Assembly: GCA_963514005.1 (NCBI GenBank) | Contig: OY740802.1 | Coordinates: 23,498,001 to 23,562,000, forward strand | DNA length: 64,000 nucleotides | Direction: 5' to 3' | From: Raja brachyura | Taxonomy: Eukaryota | Part shown: piece after piece, positions 1 to 12,014 of the stretch | Numbering within the stretch: the first letter of the stretch is position 1 | How the letters are laid out: each line of letters opens with the position of its first letter | The notes under the pieces: generated by a model | Databases searched by the model: none | The model's input: only the letters and a program-made list of their open reading frames with translations | Told to the model about the DNA's origin: nothing | Translations under genes and position numbers: made by a program

Positions 1-262
1 GTATTTACATGTGTGCCACTTTCAGGAAGCTGTGGACTTGGATTTAAGATCCCTCTGCACATCAATGCTGTTAATTGCATTCTTTCCCCTTACTTCCAGC
101 CTCCCACTTGCTAAGATCCACATCTCCATCTACTATTTCTCTACCCACATCTGCAACTGATCTATATCCTGCTATATCCTTTGGCAGCCTTCCTCACTGT
201 CCACAACTCTGTTAATGTTGGTGTCTTCTGCAATCCTACTACCCAACCCATTTGCATTTACG
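1..262 (-). mobile_element. CR1-type LINE fragment (degraded RT region)
   Basis: Matches other CR1 fragments in this window (e.g. ~19030-19290: atcaatgctgtta...ccatttctctgcccat...tcctcactgtc). Confidence 0.75.
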
Positions 263-264
263 TT

Positions 265-1538
265 TTAAAATAATATCTTTATTTATTAGCGGTACTGTAA
301 GTTACATCAGTGTACATCCCTTGTATTGTATTACAGTCATTGTACCCCTTAATTTTATTTTATTTTAAGGTTTTAGAAAAGAGAGAATAGAGAGAAAAAT
401 AGCAGCATAGAAAGTAGAAAAGTGAAAAAGAGATGTGAAAGTGCCAAAGCGTGGCAGAGGGAAAGGAAACCCTTGAAGAGTTAGAAACGGGAATTAAGAT
501 TTGGACCTGGAGAGGAAAAAAAAAGAAAAGAAAAAGGGAAAAATAGAGAAAGAAAAAAGAAAAGCCAGTTACTTTATTATAAACATCTCGCAAAAGGAAT
601 CTACCAACTCGACAGTTTTTCTTCCCCCTTTACCAAGACCCGACACCAGTACTTTTTTGAGGTATTCTTGCACCTTATCCTTGTAATAGATTTATAAATG
701 CAGACCACGTCTTATAGTAGCAGTCTGATTTTCCTGCTAGTCGGAGTCTCATATCTTCCAAGTGTAGTGTTTCGAACATAGATGAAATCCACATATTGAC
801 TGTGGGTACCGGAGACTTTTTCCAGAATTTTAAGATTAGCTTTTTTCCAGTTATTAAGCCATATTCAAATACAACTAAAATACAATTTGGGAAACAATCA
901 GTATTTTAAATATTTCCAAACCTGTGACTATCTGAAAAAATACGCACAAGATTATCACAATATGCCTCCAGACTTACTGGAAGAAGTAATGAATACAAAG
1001 GCAGAATCAGCAAACCTAATATCATATATATATAATATTATTCTAAATGCAGAAATACCAACAACAGATGGTATCAGGAGAGACTGGGAAAAAGAATTAA
1101 GTATAAAAATTCCCAAAGAAAGGTGGGAATAATATTTATTAAACGTGCATAAATGTAAATATTTATTAAACAGTGCAAATAAGAGTCTTTTGAAACACAT
1201 TTAATTCGGGGCAATCTTCCGATATATCCCGAAGATTATCCAGTCTGCTTCTGGGGTCAGTTTTATTTTAAATATTTTTGTGAAAATTTCAAAAATTTCA
1301 GTCCAAAATGTTTTCTATTTTTGTACAAAAGACAAATGAGTGTGCTATATTAGCTTCTTGACATTGACATTTATCACATATAGGAGAGACGTTGGGAAAA
1401 AGTTTACTTATTTTAGTTTTTGAATAGCATAATCTGTGTAAGATTTTAAATTGTATTAAGGTGTGTCTTACATTAATTGAACATTTATGCACGTTTAATA
1501 AATATTATTCCCACCTTTCTTTGGGAATTTTTATACTT
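265..1538 (-). mobile_element. L1-clade LINE 3' fragment (ORF2 C-terminus plus 3'UTR), internally rearranged
   Basis: Minus strand encodes QFKILHRLCYSK...SPICDKCQ...HSFVFC (Cys/His-rich L1 C-terminal domain) and FEYGLITGKKLILKFWKK...WSAFINLLQG*. Segment 872-1156 is an upstream ORF2 piece in + orientation (YFKYFQTCDYL...RRDWEKEL). Confidence 0.8.
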
Positions 1539-1540
1539 CT

Positions 1541-1632
1541 CAGACCCTTCTCTCGACCCGAAACGTCGCCTATCTCCTTCGCTCCTTAGATGCTGCTGCA
1601 CCCGCTGAGTTTCTCCAGCTTTTTGTGTAACC
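1541..1632 (+). mobile_element. Penelope-like pseudo-LTR fragment with partial hammerhead motif
   Basis: tctcgacccgaaacgtc...ctccagctttttgtgtaacc; 1551-1632 is identical to 47797-47878. Confidence 0.75.
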
Positions 1633-1984
1633 CTCTGATCATGGTTGATCTGTTCATAACCTCAACATGTTTTCATCTATCCACTAACATATCAAATATC
1701 TATCTACTTCTGTCTTAATAATATCCTAAAAAATATCTTCCTCCAAGGGAGGTGGAAGCAAAGATCCAAAAAGTGCAAAAGTGGTCTTGTAGGTCTTAGA
1801 TATATTTTTAAATAGTGATCTCTGGTTCAACAAGAGGAAACATGTTCTCTCAGTCACTACATGATTCCATGACTCTGACTGCTCAAAATATGTTGATTCA
1901 GCGGTCCCTGCATTAGATTCTGATGGGGCTTGATAGTTTGAATACCTGAAGGATATTTTCTTGGTGACACATTTAGAACATTCA

Positions 1985-2166
1985 GGGCGACACGGTAGCG
2001 CAGTGGTAGAGTTGCTGCATTACAGAGCCAGAGACCTGGGCTTGATACTGACTATGGATGCTATCTGTATGGAGTTTGTATGGGTTTGTTTTCTCTGAGA
2101 TCTTCGGTATCCTCTCACACTCCAAAGACGTACAGGTTTGTAGGTTAATTGGCTTGGTGTAATTAT
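1985..2166 (+). mobile_element. HE1/V-type tRNA-derived SINE, 3'-truncated at the DIRS insertion
   Basis: A-box-like tagcgcagtggtag, degraded B box, V-domain ggagtttgta...ctctcacactccaaagacg. Confidence 0.8.
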
Positions 2167-2465
2167 AAATAGTAAGATTAAATGAGAACTAACCAGTTTG
2201 AAGTTTGATCTTTATTTTATGAGGAGTTACGATGAGGGATTACGTGAAGACCCCGCCAGCACGCATGCGCGACATTCTTCAAAGCAGCGGTGTGAAATCA
2301 CAGATGACAGAGTTGTCTAAGATAGTAAGATAGGACAACCAGCATACCAGTTGACCTTTATAATAGAGAGTTTGGGAGCGGAGGGTATGTAATCCCTCAC
2401 CATAACTCCTCATAAAATAAAGATCAATCTTCAAACTGGTAAGTTCTCATTTAATCTTAGTATTT
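2167..2465. repeat. ~79-bp inverted repeat pair (2167-2245 / 2387-2465): DIRS right-ITR end and internal complementary region
   Basis: aaatagtaagattaaatgagaact...gagggattacgt is the near-perfect reverse complement of atgtaatccctc...ttaatcttagtattt. The element ends in TTT on the minus strand. Confidence 0.85.
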
Positions 2466-2679
2466 TACTTCGGAGTCACGTGAGTGACTACGTGAAGATT
2501 TCAAAGCTCTGTGATTTCATGCCCTGGAACGAGTCCATGCTCACACACTGCCATAATGACAAATGGAGGAAGTATGTTAACATATTTCAGACATGAAACT
2601 GTGCTGAAAAACAAGAGGGTAATAATTTAACAAATAACAATAATAATACCCCTACTTCGGGGAAATTATAATACAGAAG

Positions 2680-3642
2680 TTAATATTGTGTCTGCAAACA
2701 TCTCAGGCGTGGCCACGGGTTTATTATAGAACCGCTGAAAGGTTTTCTCATTAGCCAACCCGCCATTGCAAGGATGTGGTCCATAGGAATTTCCATCATC
2801 CTTGCCGCCGATGTAGATGCAGCTCTGGTGGACTGAGATTTAAAAACATCAGTGTCCACCCCCGCTGCACCCAAAACCATCCTTAGCCATCTTGAAATAG
2901 TTTGCACGGTGACTCTGTGATGAGGACGTTTGTGACTTATAAGCAGAGCCCTTTCCGTGTCCCTGAGACACTTGGTGACCTCCATGCAGTGTAAGAGGTG
3001 GGTCACTATGCATAGGCGGCTGTCTACGGGGTAAGCCTGGAAATCCAACGCGGCCAGATTATCCAGGCCTGTTTTGTTTGAGTAACCCCTGAATGAAGAA
3101 AGTTACCTTTTGTTGGTTATAACCATGGCGTCCATACTTAGCTTGTGTAGGGACTGGACCCGTTGTGCCGTCATGAGTGCCATCAGCATTACCATTTTGT
3201 ATGTCAATTTGGCTAGGGAAAGAGACGTTACTGGTGCCCACCCTCGGAGCATGGTTAACACAATGCCAATATCGCAGGTCTGGGAATATCTCAGCCTGGG
3301 GGGATTTGAGTTAAAAATACCCCTCATAAGTTTAGACACCAAGGGGTGAGGCCCAACTGCAAGATCTAAACCTAGTCCGAGATATGAGGATAGGGCACTC
3401 CTGGCACAGTTGATGGCACTGTAACTTAAACCTTCATCAAAATGAAGGCTTGCCAGGAACTCCAGCACTTCCGTAAAGGTGGCTGTGTCATATGTGGTGT
3501 TTGTCTTGTTACAAAACACCTCCCATTTCTTGACGTAAGTGAGGTATTGTTTCCTGGTGGACTCCCAGCATGATGCCATGAGGATATTCATTGTTCTGTC
3601 TGAGAGTCCAAAATCCAGAAGTGGCCTTTTAAAACCCTGCAA
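2680..3642 (-). pseudogene. DIRS tyrosine recombinase (frameshifted)
   Basis: GLSYSAINCARSALS, TAQRVQSL (catalytic R), QTISRWLR, FKSQSTRAAS (HSTR box with H>Q), AMAGW. Confidence 0.88.
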
Positions 3643-4440
3643 ACCAATAGGTTCATCCGGTCATGGCACGGGTGACTCTCCCCTGTCACAGGATGTACCA
3701 GTAAACTAGGACGTTTGGGTATTGGAATGTATGGTTCTGAGACCATGTGCAGTACCACAGGGAACCATGGCTGAGTAGGCCAGTCGGGTACAACCAGAAT
3801 ACCCGATGCGGAGTCTTGTTGAATTTTCTGCAAGACCCGACTGATGAGGCAGAAGGGGGGAAATGCATAGAAAAACAAATCCCCCCAGTGTAGCGAGAAA
3901 GCGTCCATCGCTACTGCCCCAGGGTTTGGTTCCCATGCAACATATGGTGGTATTTGGAGATTGAGTCTGGATGCAATAAGGTTGATATCTGGTGTTCCAT
4001 ACCGATCTACAATATCGGCAAACACTTTGTGGTCCAACATCCATTCGGTGTTGTCATTAAACTTGCGTGACCTGGTGTCCGCCACTGTATTTAGCTTACC
4101 CGGAAGGTAAGTGGCTGATATCCAAATGTTCCTTTCTAAGCACCAGTGCCAGATTGTATTGACCAATTCATCACAAGATATCGACTTAATTCCACCCATA
4201 TGATTGATGTAAGCCACCACGGTGGTATTATCAATTTGTAGGCGTACATGCAGATGGTGCATGTCCGAACAGTAAGCCCGGAGTCCATGAAATGCTCCCA
4301 GCATTTCTAGATGATTAATTCCCGCTGGCGTCAGTTTGTAGTATAACCGAGGGGTTTGTGATTGTAATGGGATTGGAGCAATGTCGAGCATTGTCTATCC
4401 ACCATTCTAATTCCAATTTTGCTTTTGCTGGTAATTGCAT
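3588..4440 (-). pseudogene. DIRS RNase H plus N6-adenine methyltransferase-like domain
   Basis: LQTDASG (frameshifted) then INHLEM...IDNTTVVAYINHMGG...YLPGKLNTVADTRSR; then EWML...DAFSLHW...YAFPPF...VVPDWPTQPWFP. Confidence 0.88.
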
Positions 4441-5306
4441 TGGCCTGTCAAAATGGCCAGCATGGTGTTTGAGTGCTGAAATTTTTGCTCATTGTAGGTT
4501 TTGGTAATGCAAAGGCCCAAATTGTGTGGCAGGAAAGGCAGCCACAAGCTTCCCAATTACCCTGGCTACTTGCCGAATAGATGGTTTACTGATGCCAGCA
4601 AGGCTGTTACATGCTTCGATTAAGTCTGACGCTTTGTTCGGTGGCAAAGTGACAGACATATGAATAGAGTCAATCGTGAATCCCAAATAGTCCATAGTGG
4701 TAGAAGACATTAATTTGGATTTGTCTGGATGGATGATAAACCCCAGTTTTTGAAATAAGTGCTCAGTGGCTGAGACAGCCAATTTGGCCAACTCCAAGGT
4801 TTTCCCCACAATTAAAATGTCATCGAGGTATGCCATAACAATATGTTTTTGTTTTCTGAGACATGCTAAAGCTAGTTTCAATAATTTGGTAAACAGTCTG
4901 GGTGCTGATGTAAATCCATTAGGCAGCGCTTTATATTGCAAGAGCTACCCCATCCAGGCAAATTTCAAATATCTGCAATGATCTTTGTCTATTGGTACTG
5001 AATAGTATGCATCTTTTAGATCGATGCATGCCATGGAGTATCTCTGGAAACTAGTTGTTTGGCAGTAACAAAAGTTTCCATTTTGAAGTGGGCGTACTGC
5101 ATGAAAGTATTCAGTTGTGTCAAATAATGATGCGGCATCCACCGTCTTTTTTATTTTTGGTGAAGATGTTCAATACAAACTCATGAGATTCATTTTTGGT
5201 TTTCTCAATTACCCCTTTCGTATGTAGTCTTAAGAGTTCAGCATGACCTTCTATCATTTCTTTCTGTGAAGGTACAAACTTTCGACTAGGTGCATGCTGA
5301 ACAGGA
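4441..5306 (-). pseudogene. DIRS reverse transcriptase (frameshifted)
   Basis: KKDGGCRII, IDLKDAYYSVPI, LPNGFTSAPRLFTK, YLDDILI, DYLGFTIDS. Confidence 0.9.
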
Positions 5307-5310
5307 AGGG

Positions 5311-5357
5311 AGAGAAGGAATGGTTGACGTTTCGGGTCGAGACCCTTCTTCAGACTG
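5311..5357 (-). ncRNA. Minimal type-I hammerhead ribozyme motif in a Penelope pLTR fragment
   Basis: Minus strand reads CTGAAGA-AGGGTCTCGACCC-GAAACGTC, i.e. CUGANGA, stem II, GAAA-CG-UC. Confidence 0.6.
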
Positions 5358-7104
5358 TAAACTGAATTTGTGTCCTTAAATGTTACCATTGTGTTATTTG
5401 AATTCACACTCATTGAGTAGTTAGTCTAGACCTCTGAATTACCAGCCCAGGACTGTACTGACGTAACCTTGCGATGGTTCATTATTCATTATTTCATTAA
5501 TTCATTATTTTATACAAGGACTAATTTTGAGTCACAAACTACCTTAAGATGATGCATTTGTAGCCCTATAAAGAATTTAACAGAATATTGTGCTCAGGTT
5601 GCTAAACTGCTCAAACCTCACGGTTTGCCAGAGCCACAAAGCAGCCAACATGACGTCGAAACAGAATGAATATTCATTCTGCATAGTCACCTCCAGTACG
5701 TTTTATTAATTTCTATGGATAATTTTACATACTAGAAATGTAAGCAACATTTTGTACTTTAAAATTTAACAGAATACTAATGTATGTACTAAACACAGAG
5801 AAATCAAAAAAGCTAATGTGTGTATATCTTGGGGATTAAGGGCCAGTCATACAGAGTATTGGCAAGAATAATAACTGACCTAATCATAAACTACAACAAG
5901 CCCAGTGTTAATTCGTGGCAACTGCTCTTTCCACAGAAAGGCGTACACAGCACCTGTTCAACAACTGCTAGTTTTAAAGGGATCTGTCAGCTGGTTCTGT
6001 TTCTGGCCAGGGTAAATCTGTCAGAGATACTTCCAAGGGAATTACTTTGATCAAACTGTAACCAGATTTTAGCATGACCAACTTCTGAAACAGGGGTGAA
6101 AGAAGTTTGTTTTCATGTCTGAAGCGGTAATTTATTGCTTGTGAATAAGATTGTAATGCTGCTTTAACAAAATACAAATTGCAAATCTATTCCCTTTTTG
6201 AAATAAATACAGAAAAGTCTGGAAATTCTCAGCAGGTTAGGTAGAATCCATGGAAAGGGAAAAGAGTTAATGTTTCAGGATTTTTTTACTTTTTATCAGA
6301 ACTGAGAATCCTGAGAGAGGAAATGTTAGGACGCAAAGAATGCAGGGAGGATAGAGCAGAGTAAAGAAGGGAAGGTCTGTGATAGGGTAGGAGGTAGAAG
6401 AAATTAAATGGCAAAAGTGGTGACAGTGCAGTTAAAAAAAGGTGAACATTTCTATTTTTTAGATTTGATGTTGCAAGCCAGGCCAGCACTAACTTCCCAT
6501 CCCTAATTGGCCTTGATAAGGCATTGATCAGCTGTGTTCCTGATCTGCTGCAATCCTTCTGGTGAAGGTACCACTGTGCATTTCTGCAGAGATGCTGTCT
6601 GACCCACTGTGCTGCTCCAGCAGTTTGTATATATCTCTCCTTTAAACATTGCCCCTCTCACCTTAAAGCTATCATTAATTTCATTCATAATCGTTGAAAA
6701 CATTAGCGATGCAGTGGTGCTGGTTTCCAATGGGAACGGTGAGGGACAAATCACACATCTCTGTCCTCCAGTTCCTGCAGACTTCCGCCGCTGGAAGTAT
6801 AGGATTTTGGTGTGTGTGCTTTACCATCATTCCTTACAATGCTATATATGACAATCATTCCAACTTCAACTGGTGTGGATGGCCGTTGACTCGCTAGAAG
6901 CTCATCCGCCCTTTGACAGGTCTTGTTTTTGGTCCTGCTGGGGGTCCACAGCCCCCTCCTCACCTAGCAAACCAGGTGGGGGAGACGGTTTAGTCGCCGA
7001 CTATCCGACCATGAAGCAGGTAGCACAGGATTACATGGTACCCGTGGTGGGGGGAACTTCCCCTGACCTGACCTGAGAGCTATCCCTTTAGGATCTTGGC
7101 CCCA

Positions 7105-7530
7105 ACTGCATCTGGCAAGACCCTTAACAGCATTGATGTAGCAAGAGGACCCAAGGCCATAATTCCCTGAAAGTGAAGCAACACAAGTAGACATAGTGGT
7201 AAAGAAAGTGTATAGTATGCTTGTCTTCATTTTTGGGGCATTGAGTATAAATGTAAGGAACTCATGATGCAGCTTTATAAGACATTAGTCAGGCCACATA
7301 TTCTTAAATGAAGTTCTGGTCACCCCATTACAGGAAGGATGTGGAGGTTTTGCAGAAGGTTTACTAGAATTATGCCTGGATTAGGCAGTACGAGTTACAG
7401 AGAGAGATTGGACAGACTTGGATGGTTTTCTCAAGAATGCCAAAGGTTGAGGTGAAAACTGATTTAACTATATAAAATTATGGGCTACTTGGGCCGAAGG
7501 GCTTGTTCCTGTACTGTATGACTCTATGAC
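7105..7530 (+). mobile_element. CR1 LINE 3' fragment
   Basis: Degraded LYKTLVRPH..QFWSPHYRKDV-type C-terminal coding region and gggccgaagggcttgtt tail. Confidence 0.75.
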
Positions 7531-8739
7531 AATTTGAAGTGTCTCAATACATCTGCAGCAATCCTTCAATTTCATCTGGCTGGTGTGATCAGTTTTTAAT
7601 ATAGATTAATATTGTGTGAGTGGCCGTTTCATTATGATTTGGCCAATTCTCCTGAATTACCCTGGAATATGGAAGTAAAATTAATAAAAGCAAATGGAAA
7701 CATCTCTCCTCTTAACCTCCTCCCCGCCCAATCACCCTCTGTGACTTTTGTTAATAACCAAAGAAGTAATGCTGGCATGTTGTTGAACACATGTGAAGAT
7801 TTAATTGTGGTATTCATTCTGGCATATCACCATACAGTCTAACAAGAAACAGGGCCATGTGGTCAACACTCTGATGTGCATTGTTTGCATCTAAATCCAG
7901 ATATCTGTCTGAATAGAATATACCCTTGTGAAATGAACTTCTTGCAAAATTGTTTAACAGCTGCAATTCTGAAGGTTTTAATGGGGCCAAAACACTTGTT
8001 AAGAATTTATTTGCCTCCTGCAGTGTTGAATCAAACACCGTAACATGTCAATTTCTGTTCTACTGATTTAAAAAAAACATTAAAGACATTACTTCCTCTT
8101 CGATTACCCTGCTGATTACATGTTATGGTATTAATTAGCATTTACCGATTCATCTCCAAAATCCAAATATTTATTTGAGTTTGACTCTGGAGATATTCCT
8201 ATTCAAGTCAGTTGCAGTTCCTGAAAAACAACATTGAATGCTGTACGTTACAGAAAGTGCCTTTGTTGATGGGCATATTAAATGTTGAGATCAAATAGGT
8301 GTAGTAGTTATTTGGATCTTGTGTTGATTTTGAGTTCATGATATTTACTGCTTGGTTCCAATGTGTATTTGGACAAAACCATTAGTTTTCCTACCCCAGC
8401 CAAATAACTGAATGATTTTTCATGCTGAACCTGGAATGGGTGGTAGTTATTTAAATCAGCTGCCCTTTTTGATCCAAAAACTTGTCCAGGTAGCAATGCT
8501 GGAGAGACTGCCTTTACAGTGCTACTGGGAATCAATTTTCACCATCACAATAGGAGAGAGAGATACCAAGTGAATACAGGCTAGGAAAACTAATTAATAG
8601 GTGTTTTAATCAGTGAATTCAGATCAGATTTACAGACAAAGTTGTTCAGGAGCTCAGTGGGAATCTATATATAGTCTACATCGTATCTATGTGGAAATTA
8701 TTGTACGAAAACAATTTGTATTTCAATCATTTCAAGAGT

Positions 8740-8980
8740 TTTATTGTTATATGTCCTGAAATGGAACAATGAAATTCCAGGCCATGATGCAACCAGTCAA
8801 TATGCTCTCTATTGTAAACAAGTAGTAGTTCAAGAGAGTATTCGTCGACATACCACATTTCCTCAATCTTCTAAGTAGAGATGTTGAAGGTAGACAAAAT
8901 GTGCTGGATCAAGGACAGATCGTCAGAGATATGCACGCCCAGGAATTTGAATTTTTTTACACTCTCCGCAACTGCCTTAT
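8740..8980 (-). mobile_element. Rex1/Babar-type LINE fragments
   Basis: Reverse-complement gacatataacaataaa tail; FKFLGVHISDDLS-type motif on the minus strand. Confidence 0.6.
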
Positions 8981-9116
8981 AGATAGTTGGTGGAATGTAA
9001 TGACATTATTTATTTATTATTGAAACAAATGACATTCTGACAAATAAAATAAAACCCCCCTGGGGATCTGTAATTATATATTTGTATAACAAATAACACT
9101 GCAATTAATTCATTGC

Positions 9117-9780
9117 TAATTGAATGAATGAATAAGTTAATTGGCCAAGTATGTTCACATACAAGGAATTTGCCTTGGTGTTCCGCTCGCAAGTGACAAT
9201 TAAGAGTGACACATAAAACATTAAACATTAATAATAACACTTTATCTATTAAAAATGTGAATTAAATAAAATACCAGAGCAAAAAGAGGCTACAGATTTT
9301 TAGTTATTGAATAGAGCTAATACGCGTGGAAATAAATTGTTTTTATGTTGGGCTGTGGCAGCTTTGATAGTCCGGAGTTGCCTTCCAGACGGAAGTGATT
9401 AAAAAAGTTTGTCTCCAGGGTGAGAGGGGTCAGAGATTATCTTACCCGCTCGCTTCCTGGCCCTTGCAGTGTACAGTTCATCAATGGAGGGAAGGTTGAA
9501 ACCAACAACCTTCCAAGCTGATCGGACAATTTGCTGCAGCCTCCGGGTGTCGTGCTTGGTGGCTGAGCCAAACCAGACCATGATGGAGAAGGTGACGACA
9601 GACTCTACGATGGCCGTATAAAATTGGACCATCATTGCCTGTGGCAGATTGTGTTTCCTCAGCTTCTGCAGGAAGTACATCCTCTGTTGTGCCTTTTTGA
9701 CTGTGGAGTTGATGGTAGCCCCCCATTTAAGGTCCTTGGAGATGATGGTTCCCAGGAACTTAAAAGACTCCACATATCTA
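9117..9780 (-). mobile_element. Rex1/Babar-type LINE 3' portion
   Basis: ORF 9399-9824 contains VESFKFLGTIISKDLKW...KKAQQRMYFL...FYTAIVESV...DPSHPG; (ATTC)n tail on the minus strand; same family as 55615-56122. Confidence 0.85.
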
Positions 9781-9927
9781 ACATATTGATACAATGTTAT
9801 CATATAACATGGAGTATTGACCACATTTCACTGTTGTTAGATTGATCAGTACACTGATGTCATGAGTCTTTTAGATGCTGCACATTATATGACTGCATAC
9901 GGAACTCCAAATGCATTCACCTTCTAC

Positions 9928-10065
9928 ATCTGTCGGAAGGAACTGCAGATGCTGGTTTCAACCGAAGACAGACACAAAAAGCTGGAATAACTCAGCGGGA
10001 CATGCAGCATTTCTGGAGAGAAGGAATGGGTGACGTTTTGGGTCGAGACCCTTCGTCAGACTTCA
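9928..10065 (-). mobile_element. Penelope pLTR fragment with hammerhead-like motif
   Basis: aggaactgcagatgctgg...gggtcgagacccttcgtcagac. Confidence 0.7.
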
Positions 10066-10566
10066 GTACTAACCAGTACTAACTGGCATGGGATGGGAAG
10101 GCTATTGAGAACATTTTGAAAGATGCAAGGTAATTATTTTTCATTTTGACAATATATCAGTGTATTTATATTTTAGAGGTTGAAGATCTGTGTCTGAAGT
10201 TGAACATGTTTACATTTGTATATTCTGAGTGGATTGGTGTGAAATTACTAATATTTACACCTAGTCAGCTCTCTGAACCATCTCCAACCAACCCCAATTT
10301 CCCTGTTGCTTTCAACTCCTTTGGCCACTCATCTCCCATCCCCTAAGTCCCCATTTCTCCTTTCCTCTCTTTACCTGAAGCCCCTTTCTCTCCATTTCTC
10401 TCTAGCCTTTGTCACTTACTCCACACATTTGGCAATCATCCCCCCCCACCTCCCCAACTGTATCCACCTAAAACTTGCAAAGTTTTTTCCTGCCTCCACT
10501 TCTCTTTCCAGCTTTCTCCTCTTCTCCAATTGGTCTGAAGAAGGGTCCCAACCCAAAATGTCTCCT

Positions 10567-12014
10567 GTCATAGTCATACAGTACAGAAAAAGGCCTTACT
10601 TGTCCCTGCAGACTAAAATGCATCATCTAAGGTAGTCCCATTTGCTTACGTTTCAATCCTATCCTTCTAAACGTTTCCCATCCAGACACTTGTCCAAATG
10701 CCTTTCAAATGCTGTTATAGTAGCTGCCTCAATCACCTCCTCAGGCAGCTCATTCCACATACCCATCACCCTCTGAGTGAAAAAGTTGCCTCTTGGGTTC
10801 CTCTCACCTTAAACCCATGTCCTCTGTTTGTTCACCCAATTTTGTGCAAGAGACTCTGTGCATTTATCCTATCCATACCCCTCATGATTGTATGCACCTC
10901 TGTAAGATCACCCGATGTCCTCCTGCACTGCAAGGAATAAAGTCCTGACCTGCCAACCTTTTCCTGTAGCTCAGGCCCCCAAGTCCCAGCAACATCTGGT
11001 AAATCTCTGCACTCTTTCCAACTTAATGACAAACATCTTATGGCAGGGTGACCAAAACTGCACACAATACTTCAAATTCGGCTTCACCAAACTGCGATAT
11101 AACATCACAACCTCAATCAATCAATCAATAAATATTTATTTATATAGCACATTTAAATCAACTCGCGCTGAAGCCAAAGTGCTGTACATAGAAGAATTTG
11201 GGTTTCCATACATCCATACAAAATAAAAAAAGAAAAACACAACACAATATAGAATTTACCATGAACGTCCCCCCACGGCGGAATCAACACAGAAGGCAAT
11301 AAAAAGTTCAGTCCTCTTCCTCTGTGTGCAACCGTGGTCGGGGCCTATTTGAGGCCTCCGCAGTCGCCGCAGCGGAGGCCCGATGTTTCAGGCTCTCTCG
11401 CCGGGATGATGGAGCTCCATCTTCGGAGAGAACACTCTTAGTGGCTTGGAGTTCAGAATCGGTCGCTTCCTACCGGAGACCGTGGCTCCTGAGGTCCACA
11501 GGCCACGCTGGGCGGAGAATCACACTGGCGATCTTGGCGAGAGATCCCAGAACTCCACGATGTTAAAGTCAGCGCCGCTCAATACCCTGACTGATGAATG
11601 CCAATGTGCCAAAAGCATCTTTACCACTCAGTCTACCTGGGATAGACGCATCTTTAGGGAAATATATTCCTTTACTCCTTGATCCATTTGCGCTACTCCA
11701 CAGGGACCTACCATTCACTGTGAAAGTTCTGCCCTAGTTTGAGTTACCAAAATATAACACCTCACACCTATCTGAAGTAAATTCAATGATCAAGATCCTG
11801 CTATAATTTTTGATAACATTCTTCATTGTCTATGATACCACCTACTGGTCCTCTACAAACTCCCTACTCATGCCTTGTACATTCTTATCCAAATTGTTGA
11901 TATAAACCACAAACAGCAATAGGCTCAGTAGTAATCCCTGAGGCACTAATCACAATTTACCAGTCTGAAAAAATGATCTTCAACCTCCACCCTTTGCTGC
12001 CTTCCATGAAGAAA
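10567..12014 (-). mobile_element. CR1 LINE 3' fragment interrupted by a retroposon at 11118-11577
   Basis: GLYSLQCRRTSGDLTEVHTIMRGMDR; the CR1 resumes at ctcaataccctgactgatg. Confidence 0.8.
11118..11577 (-). mobile_element. Non-autonomous CpG-rich retroposon with L2-like 3' tail
   Basis: Flanked by ctcaat (11112-11117 / 11578-11583). Minus-strand tail is gtacagcactttgg...gtgctatataaataaa followed by (TTGA)n. Confidence 0.65.

Larger units (their letters stand above)
2167..5306 (-). mobile_element. DIRS1-like tyrosine-recombinase retrotransposon, 5'-truncated and frameshifted
   Basis: Domain order RT, RNase H, methyltransferase-like, then an overlapping tyrosine recombinase, followed by an ICR/right-ITR inverted repeat. 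The gag ORF and left ITR are absent. Confidence 0.93.

Noticed and set aside
3588-4050. Stand-alone phage/bacterial Dam methyltransferase or contamination
   Set aside because: It is the usual MT-like domain fused to DIRS RNase H.
8200-8340. Possible ancient DeuSINE-like remnant
   Set aside because: Similarity too weak to support by eye.
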